Positions 55,310-61,106 of a DNA stretch of 61,106 nucleotides are shown piece after piece; positions within the stretch are counted from its first letter, which is position 1; each line of letters starts with the position of its first letter. The stretch is taken from the IMG/VR virus record IMGVR_UViG_3300037483_001204, positions 1 through 61,106 of that record. One strand, 5' to 3'. The position numbers and the translations under genes are program-made. Source of the stretch: a virus. Its lineage: Duplodnaviria > Caudoviricetes. The notes beneath the pieces were generated by a model. That model had not been told where the DNA came from and did not search any database. It saw only the letters and a list, made by a program, of their open reading frames with translations.

Positions 55310-55740
55310 CACACGTCCTCCTCGTCTAGGGGTCTCGGGGTTCTTCGCATCGACTCGATCAGCGCGTGGATCGCGAGCCCGTCGGAGAGAGCCGCGACGC
55401 TCCGGGCTCCTCGTCTCCTCCGCCAGTCTCGATAGACTACGGGCCCGAGCGTCCAGACTTGCTGGACGTAGCCCCCGACGCATCGGACCCGGACGAGCAC
55501 CTCTCCCCCGCCGCTCTCCGGGTCCTCCCAGACTAGGGCGAGGGGGTCCTCCCCCTCGATCGCCCTCCGGCGCTCGCGGGCGTTATCGAGCGTGAGGGCC
55601 CGGAGGACCCCGAGGGCGTCCTCGTCGAGGAGCGCGAGCGGGTCCCTCCGCCGTCCGACGCACCAGCGCGCCCGCCGCGGGTCGAGCCGGAGCCGGAGGA
55701 TCGCGAGGGCGACGAGGACCCCGAGCGTCGCCGTGATCAC
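55306..55740 (-). CDS. hypothetical protein with N-terminal TM segment
   Basis: GTG 55740 coupled to the upstream stop. Confidence 0.45.
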   Translation of the reverse strand: MITATLGVLVALAILRLRLDPRRARWCVGRRRDPLALLDEDALGVLRALTLDNARERRRAIEGEDPLALVWEDPESGGGEVLVRVRCVGGYVQQVWTLGPVVYRDWRRRRGARSVAALSDGLAIHALIESMRRTPRPLDEEDVW

Positions 55741-56099
55741 GCCCCCTCCTCGTCGTCGTCGTCGATCATCGCCCAGTCGAGGACCCCGAGGAGGACCTCC
55801 GGGCTCCACCCCTCTACCTCCCGGACCGCCTCCCGCCCCCCGCCCACGGCGTCGTAGAGTTCGACGATCGCGAGGCCGTGCTCCTCTCCGCCCATCCCGA
55901 CGGCCCGGAGGAGCGACGGGAAGACGTCCCCTGCGCTCGCCCCCAGGTTCTCCTCCGCGTAGCGGAGGACGAACTCCGCGGCGGTCTTCCCGGGTCGGTA
56001 GTTCTCTCGGGCCCAGTCGCACCAGTCGGCCCCCGCCGCGAGGGAGGTCTCCCTCCGCGAGAGCCGGGCCGTCGCGGCGAGTCTCCCCCCGTCTACCAT
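55737..56099 (-). CDS. hypothetical protein
   Basis: Protein-like ORF with RBS. Confidence 0.55.
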   Translation of the reverse strand: MVDGGRLAATARLSRRETSLAAGADWCDWARENYRPGKTAAEFVLRYAEENLGASAGDVFPSLLRAVGMGGEEHGLAIVELYDAVGGGREAVREVEGWSPEVLLGVLDWAMIDDDDEEGA

Positions 56100-56151
56100 C
56101 GCGCTCTTCCTCCTCCGGCCACTAGCCGCAGCAGTCCCTCCAGTATCGTCC

Positions 56152-56376
56152 TCATCGCCCCTCCTCCCTCTCCCTCTCCCTCTCCCGGCTCCGCCACGCG
56201 ATCGAGACGATCGCCCCGAGCCTCGTCCAGTGGTACCGCGGCCTCTTCCCCTCGGGTCGGACCGACCGCCACCCCCTCCGCCCCCGCGGGAGGAGGGTGA
56301 GCTGGTAGGCCCTCCCGAGGATCCTCCCGTCGTCGTCGAGGACGTCGTAGCCCCCGAGCCGGAACTCGACCCTCAC
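56152..56376 (-). CDS. hypothetical protein
   Basis: GTGA-coupled. Confidence 0.5.
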   Translation of the reverse strand: MRVEFRLGGYDVLDDDGRILGRAYQLTLLPRGRRGWRSVRPEGKRPRYHWTRLGAIVSIAWRSREREREREEGR

Positions 56377-56768
56377 GGCCTCCCCCCCTCTCCGCCGCGC
56401 TCGACGACCTCCCGGAGGGCCTCGGTGAGCGGCCCGGCCGCGCCCTCGGAGAGGACGGAGACCGTCCCCCTCCGGCTCGCGGCGACGACGACGAACTCGC
56501 TCGCCGCCTCGATCGCCTCGATCGCCTCGACCTTCCGCCGGAGCCGGTCCCCCGCGGCCCGGACGTCCTCCTCGGTCGTCTCGGGCGGGGGGAGCCGCCG
56601 CGCGACGACGACGAGGACCCTCCCGCTCCGGGTCGGGTAGTAGAGTTGGGACTCGATCGCCTCCGGGTCTCCCCCGGCCTCCCGGACCTTCTCCGCGATC
56701 AGCTTCTCCGGGGAGTCGTACCCCCGGAGGATCCGCTCGTGGATGTTCACTCGCACGGGCTCGCTCAC
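56373..56768 (-). CDS. hypothetical protein
   Basis: GTG 56768 coupled to the upstream stop. Confidence 0.5.
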   Translation of the reverse strand: MSEPVRVNIHERILRGYDSPEKLIAEKVREAGGDPEAIESQLYYPTRSGRVLVVVARRLPPPETTEEDVRAAGDRLRRKVEAIEAIEAASEFVVVAASRRGTVSVLSEGAAGPLTEALREVVERGGEGGRP

Positions 56769-57247
56769 GACTCCACCCCCTCCCCCTCCCCCTCGACGTC
56801 CCGCAGCGCCGCCGCGAGGTCGGAGAGGGCCCGATCCTCCCCGTAGACCCCGACCGCCGCGCGGATCGAGACCACCCTCGCCGCTCGGATCAGCGCCCGG
56901 ATCGGGGCGTCCGGGACCTCGTCGACCGGGGGTAGCGGAGAGACCCTGGGCCGATCGGGCGCCCCGATCGCTCCCAGCTCCTCCGGGGAGAGGAGCCTCC
57001 CGAGGAGGGTCCAGGTTCTCTCCTGGACCGCCGCCTCCCGTCGCTCGTACTCGATCTCCCGCCGCCGCCCGTCCCACCAGCGCCACGCCGTCGAGCTGAT
57101 CGCTCCGAGGACGGCCCGGAACTCCTCCACCTCCGTCCCTCGGGCCTCCAGGAAGAGTAGGACCCGCTCGACCGCGGCCTCCGCCTCCCCGGCTCTCCTC
57201 GCCCTCGCGTCCCGCTCGTCTCCGTCGCTCACCGTCCCGTCTACCAT
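56765..57247 (-). CDS. hypothetical protein
   Basis: ATG 57247 with RBS; ends ALSDLAAALRDVE. Confidence 0.5.
   Translation of the reverse strand: MVDGTVSDGDERDARARRAGEAEAAVERVLLFLEARGTEVEEFRAVLGAISSTAWRWWDGRRREIEYERREAAVQERTWTLLGRLLSPEELGAIGAPDRPRVSPLPPVDEVPDAPIRALIRAARVVSIRAAVGVYGEDRALSDLAAALRDVEGEGEGVES
56792..56830. repeat. 39-nt exact repeat, copy 1
   Basis: Identical to 59475-59513. Confidence 0.9.
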
Positions 57248-57477
57248 CTCCCCTCCTCCGAGAGCGCCCCGAGTCGCCAGGTCACGAGCGCCCCCGCGAG
57301 CGCGACCGCTCGGATCCAGCTCGGGATCCCCGGGGCGAGGACCGCCCCGGCCGCTCCGCCGAGCGCCGCGAGCGCCGCGGCGATCGTACTCGGCCTCCAC
57401 GGCCTATTCGCCGAGGCGAGCCGGGAGGCGACGTAGAGGTCCCCCGCCCGGTCCGCCGGGATCTTCGCTCCGCTCAC
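57241..57477 (-). CDS. small membrane protein
   Basis: Two hydrophobic helices. Confidence 0.5.
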   Translation of the reverse strand: MSGAKIPADRAGDLYVASRLASANRPWRPSTIAAALAALGGAAGAVLAPGIPSWIRAVALAGALVTWRLGALSEEGRW

Positions 57478-58208
57478 TCCGACACCTCCCTCGGCGCCCT
57501 CAGCGCCACGGGGAACTTATCCTCCCCCGCCCGGACGGGCATGACCGCCGCGACGGGTTCCCCCTTCCGGGTGATCATCGCCGCGTTCGTCGCTCCCCCG
57601 ACTAGCATGCGGTCCGCCCCGGTGATCCGCCGCAGAGCCAGGAGGTACGGCGCTCCCAGGTACACGCTCCCCGCTCGGGCGAGGGGGCATAGCGGCCCCT
57701 CGTAGAGGTACGCCTCGACGATAGCAGCCGTCCGGGCGCCCCTCGTCGCTTTCCTCCAGACCCTCTCCGCGGCCGTCGCGGAGAGGCGCCCCCCGGACCA
57801 CTCCTCCAGCCTCCTCGCGTCCCCCTCCCGGAGGGACGAGCGCGGGGCTATCCAGTGTCCGTTGGTCAGGAACCCTCCCCCATCGACCCGGATCAACGAG
57901 GCCCCCCTCCACAGCCCCGATAAGACCGTCGGAGCCTCGTCCCAGCGCAACGGGACGAGGGGCTCTCCGGAGAGGAGCGCCGCCGCGACGGCCCGAGCCT
58001 CGGCGATTCGCAACGCCCCGGGGTGGAGGACCGAGACGACCTGGACGGAGCCCGCCCAGGACCTCTCCTCGACCCGGTACCGGTTCGTCCGGCGCCCCGT
58101 CTCGACGACGTACAGCACCCGCTCGTCGAGACGGGCCGTGAACTCCCGCCGACGACCGCCGACGGCCCGCGTGAAGTCGACGACGCTCTCCCGTCTCACT
58201 CTAGTCAC
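57474..58208 (-). CDS. hypothetical protein, possible sliding-clamp-like C-terminal domain
   Basis: LTNGHW ... AVMPVR; GTG 58208 coupled to the upstream stop. Confidence 0.45.
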   Translation of the reverse strand: MTRVRRESVVDFTRAVGGRRREFTARLDERVLYVVETGRRTNRYRVEERSWAGSVQVVSVLHPGALRIAEARAVAAALLSGEPLVPLRWDEAPTVLSGLWRGASLIRVDGGGFLTNGHWIAPRSSLREGDARRLEEWSGGRLSATAAERVWRKATRGARTAAIVEAYLYEGPLCPLARAGSVYLGAPYLLALRRITGADRMLVGGATNAAMITRKGEPVAAVMPVRAGEDKFPVALRAPREVSE

Positions 58209-59026
58209 TCCAGCACCCTCCCCTCGCGCGCCCTCTCCGAGGTCCAGCGCCAGCTCACGCACCAGCGCCCGTCGTACCGGCCGTCGACCTCCGCGTCGAA
58301 CTCCGCGCGCCTCTCCGGCCACCAGTTCTCCATCGTGATCCCCCGGAGCGGGAGGTTCCGGACGAGGGCCGGGTCCCCTCCCCCGAGGTTCGCGACGACC
58401 GGGATCCCGCGCCCGGCGATCTCCCGGACGAGGACGTCCCGGAACGCGAGCCAGTCCCTCGCGACCTCGTCGAGGGTTTCCCCGGACGCCTCGGCCGCCT
58501 CGCTCAGCGGTCCCGCCGGGAGCCCCCCCGAGAAGCAGTCGTCGAGGTAGACCCCGTCGAAGCCCGACAGCTCCCTCTCCGCCCATCCCGCGATCGCGGA
58601 GGCGTTCGCGTCGGTGAAGCGGTAGCCGAGCCCGAGGTCTCGGTAGACGGGCCCCTCGAAGCCGTCCGCGGCCTCTACCACCGCGCGGAGGCGTCCGTGG
58701 ACCCCCTCGTCCGCCCCCCATCTCCCGGCGAATCGAGCGTTCACGTAGCCGAGGAGGGTCGCTCCTTCTCCCGCCCACGCCCGGACGTCTTCGACCGGGA
58801 TCGACGGGTTCGTGACGAAGAGGCCGTAGTCCTCCGGCCGCATCCCCGTCCCCCCGCGGACGTCTTCGTGCTGGACTATGAAGAACGCGGGCCCGGGTCG
58901 TCCTCCCCCCGCCCCCGTTCCCGCCCCGGCGCACCCCGACCCTCCCGCGGCGATCGCCGCCGCCGCGAGGACCGCCCCTAGCGCGAGGGCGAACCGGACC
59001 CAGCGCGGGATCTTCTCGTCGCTCAA
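58205..59026 (-). CDS. lipoprotein with putative TIM-barrel glycoside hydrolase domain
   Basis: Signal peptide ending GGSGC; LLGYVN, FDGVYLDD, VVANLG, ITMENW. Confidence 0.55.
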   Translation of the reverse strand: MSDEKIPRWVRFALALGAVLAAAAIAAGGSGCAGAGTGAGGGRPGPAFFIVQHEDVRGGTGMRPEDYGLFVTNPSIPVEDVRAWAGEGATLLGYVNARFAGRWGADEGVHGRLRAVVEAADGFEGPVYRDLGLGYRFTDANASAIAGWAERELSGFDGVYLDDCFSGGLPAGPLSEAAEASGETLDEVARDWLAFRDVLVREIAGRGIPVVANLGGGDPALVRNLPLRGITMENWWPERRAEFDAEVDGRYDGRWCVSWRWTSERAREGRVLE

Positions 59027-59442
59027 CCCCGACCTCCCTTCAGTAGGTTCTCCAGCTCGTCAGCCGTGCTGTCGAGCGCGGCCGCTCGCGTGAGTCGGAC
59101 CTCCTCGCGGATGAACTCCGCCGCGTGCTCGGCCGCGTTAAGAGCTGCGCGGTAGTCCTCCTCGCTCTCCTCCGACCCGTGTCGGTACTTCCAGGGGAAC
59201 TCCAGCGGCGGCCTCATCTGCTCCGCCACGACCCGCACCACGGGCTCCTCGTCGTCGATCTCTACCGCTACCTCCGCGGGGACGACGCGGTCCGCGGCCT
59301 GCCGCAGAAGTCCCACCGCGAGTCGAACTCCCTCGCGCCAGCCGTCCTCGCTGCCCGACGACGAGGCCGACCGGAGCCGGATCGCCTCCGCGATCGCTCG
59401 CGCGGCCTCCTCGACGTTTCCGGTCAACTCTCTCCTACTCAT
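59023..59442 (-). CDS. hypothetical protein
   Basis: Coupled ORF. Confidence 0.55.
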   Translation of the reverse strand: MSRRELTGNVEEAARAIAEAIRLRSASSSGSEDGWREGVRLAVGLLRQAADRVVPAEVAVEIDDEEPVVRVVAEQMRPPLEFPWKYRHGSEESEEDYRAALNAAEHAAEFIREEVRLTRAAALDSTADELENLLKGGRG

Positions 59443-59705
59443 CCCCCACCCCCTTTCCCGACCAACCCCGCGCTCTCGACGTCCCGCAGCGCCGCCGCGA
59501 GGTCGGAGAGGGCGGGGCCTCCCTCGACTCGCCCGATCCGCTTCACCCGAAACTCCCTCTCGAAGTCGACCTCCGGGAACCGCTCGACCGCGACCTCGAT
59601 CGCCCGGACCATCCCCGGGGCGACGACGAGGCCGAGCCTCTGCCTCGCCTTTAGGAGCGGCCCGCCGCTTCCCTCGATCCTCCAGACCCAGTCCTTTCTG
59701 CTCAT
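59439..59705 (-). CDS. hypothetical protein
   Basis: ATG 59705; ends ALSDLAAALRDVE. Confidence 0.5.
   Translation of the reverse strand: MSRKDWVWRIEGSGGPLLKARQRLGLVVAPGMVRAIEVAVERFPEVDFEREFRVKRIGRVEGGPALSDLAAALRDVESAGLVGKGGGG
59475..59513. repeat. 39-nt exact repeat, copy 2
   Basis: Identical to 56792-56830. Confidence 0.9.
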
Positions 59706-59956
59706 CGTGCTCCCTCCTCCTCCCGCTCTCGGCGGGTGAACTCGCTCCGGATGAAGGAGAGGGCGTCCAGTGGGCCTCGCAGCCCCGCCCGGCGCTGCGC
59801 CTCGCTCGCGCGACGACGCCCGACGAGGCTCGCGAGTACCCACCAGAGCGTCCCCCCCTGCGCGAGGCTCGCCCCGCCCGGGAGCCACCCCGCGCTCCCG
59901 ACCTGGGCCACCCCGACGACGACGACGGCTACGAGGAGGAGCGTCAGCACCGCCAC
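59702..59956 (-). CDS. small membrane protein (start uncertain)
   Basis: VLTLLLVAVVVVGV and TLWWVLASLV hydrophobic segments. Confidence 0.4.
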   Translation of the reverse strand: MAVLTLLLVAVVVVGVAQVGSAGWLPGGASLAQGGTLWWVLASLVGRRRASEAQRRAGLRGPLDALSFIRSEFTRREREEEGAR

Positions 59957-59996
59957 TTCCGCGTCCGCCCGGGCCCCCCTCGACCCCTCCCACGTA

Positions 59997-60239
59997 TTAC
60001 GACTCAACTCGGATCCTCCTCCCGAGGGCCCCGACCCGGGCCCCGATCCGGACGAGGAGGTCGAACCACCCCGTCCTCTGCTCGTAGCGGCAGCCCCCCG
60101 CCCGGAAGTCCCGGTAGACCCGGAACCCGAGGTCGGGGTCGATTCCACCTCTCCGGAGGAGGAGCCGAACCTCGGCCTCGACGTCCTTCGCGTCGACGAA
60201 CTCCCGGTCGGAGACGAAGACGGTTCGGTAGAGCCTCAC
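59997..60239 (-). CDS. hypothetical protein
   Basis: GTGA-coupled. Confidence 0.5.
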   Translation of the reverse strand: MRLYRTVFVSDREFVDAKDVEAEVRLLLRRGGIDPDLGFRVYRDFRAGGCRYEQRTGWFDLLVRIGARVGALGRRIRVES

Positions 60240-60814
60240 GGCCAGAGCCCCCCGAGCCCCGCCCCCGTCCAGCTCTCGATGAACTCGCCGGGGAACCCCT
60301 CGCGGGGGTTCCGGTTGTAGTGGACGTCCCAGTAGACGGCGAGGGCCTCGACGTCCCCGGCCTCCGGGAGGGGGGCCGAGACCCGGCGGTAGTGGACCCG
60401 GACCATGGCCGCCGCGTACGCGAGGTTCGGCCCCATCTCCGCGGCGGGGGGGAGGAACTTCCAGAGCCGGACGAACTCGGGGCCCTGGTGGACGAGGATC
60501 TCGTGGAGGGCCTCCTCGTCTACGGTCGAGAGGGAGGCGACGACCCTCGCGATCCTCGGGCGGTAGGCGAGGTAGGTCCTCCAGTGATCCTCGTGGGTCG
60601 CGGGCTCCATCTGGCCCAGCCCGACTCCGGGGCCGCGCCTCCCGTCCCGTCGGGCGAGTTGCCGGAGGCAGGAGAGCCCCGCCCCCTCGTGGACGAGCGT
60701 CCCGAGGACGAGTTGCTCCGCGGCGACGGTGCGGGGGACGCCCGCCTCGGCCTCCAGCCGGGCCAGGACGGGACGGACGACGACGTCGAGTACGTGGTCG
60801 GATCGGAGACCCAT
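60236..60814 (-). CDS. lysozyme/transglycosylase-like protein (endolysin candidate)
   Basis: LVLGTLVHE (catalytic Glu candidate), GPGVGLGQMEPAT, NL.YAAAM.R.HY, YW..HYN. Confidence 0.65.
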   Translation of the reverse strand: MGLRSDHVLDVVVRPVLARLEAEAGVPRTVAAEQLVLGTLVHEGAGLSCLRQLARRDGRRGPGVGLGQMEPATHEDHWRTYLAYRPRIARVVASLSTVDEEALHEILVHQGPEFVRLWKFLPPAAEMGPNLAYAAAMVRVHYRRVSAPLPEAGDVEALAVYWDVHYNRNPREGFPGEFIESWTGAGLGGLWP

Positions 60815-61005
60815 TAGGACACCTCCCTCGCGACGACTACGGGGTCCAGCTCCCGGAGTCGAACGGTTACGACCTCGCCCTCGCGAGGTCCGGAGAACAC
60901 TACGGCCCTCCAGCTCCAGCTCATGAACCCCTCCCCCCGCCGACGCTCGGCGGGACCGAGGAGGGTTACTCTCTCCCCCGCGGGGGTCGCGTAGACGACG
61001 GTCAT
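60814..61005 (-). CDS. hypothetical protein
   Basis: 63-aa ORF coupled to the lysozyme-like gene. Confidence 0.45.
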   Translation of the reverse strand: MTVVYATPAGERVTLLGPAERRRGEGFMSWSWRAVVFSGPREGEVVTVRLRELDPVVVAREVS

Positions 61006-61106
61006 TGCTCGACCTCGGGCGGGTACGAGACCCCCGCGGCCCGAAAGTCCGAGAGGAACCGGCCCGCCGCGCGCGCCCCCGCGGGGCCCCCCACGAAAGC
61101 GGCGGG

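Overview
High-GC, tailed dsDNA (siphovirus-type) phage sequence, probably most of a genome; no terminal repeat is visible. Essentially every credible gene is on the minus strand, and many are coupled by 4-nt GTGA/ATGA overlaps. Read in transcription order (right to left): small accessory genes including a lysozyme-like protein and a lipoprotein glycoside-hydrolase-like protein (61.0-54.3 kb); an AT-richer non-coding control/packaging region (54.2-53.8 kb); terminase, portal and a compositionally distinct lectin/repeat appendage block; head, neck and tail genes with a GGGAAAC -1 frameshift chaperone (53.4-25 kb); a replication operon (SNF2 helicase, SSB-like protein, family A DNA polymerase, PD-(D/E)xK nuclease, primase-helicase); and small early genes driven by five copies of a sigma28-like promoter cassette (6.1-0.1 kb). 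The layout resembles YuA/M6-like phages. The main finding is a thymidine-hypermodification cluster (11.4-20.9 kb). It has the M6-type core in the M6 order: amino acid:DNA transferase, PLP enzyme, radical SAM, 5-hmdU kinase domains, plus a dUMP hydroxymethylase. It also has extra genes: an amidoligase fused to a low-molecular-weight Cys phosphatase, a UDG-superfamily protein and an HNH endonuclease. This combination suggests an extended pathway that could make an undescribed DNA base. All family assignments come from motif recognition by eye, not from database searches.
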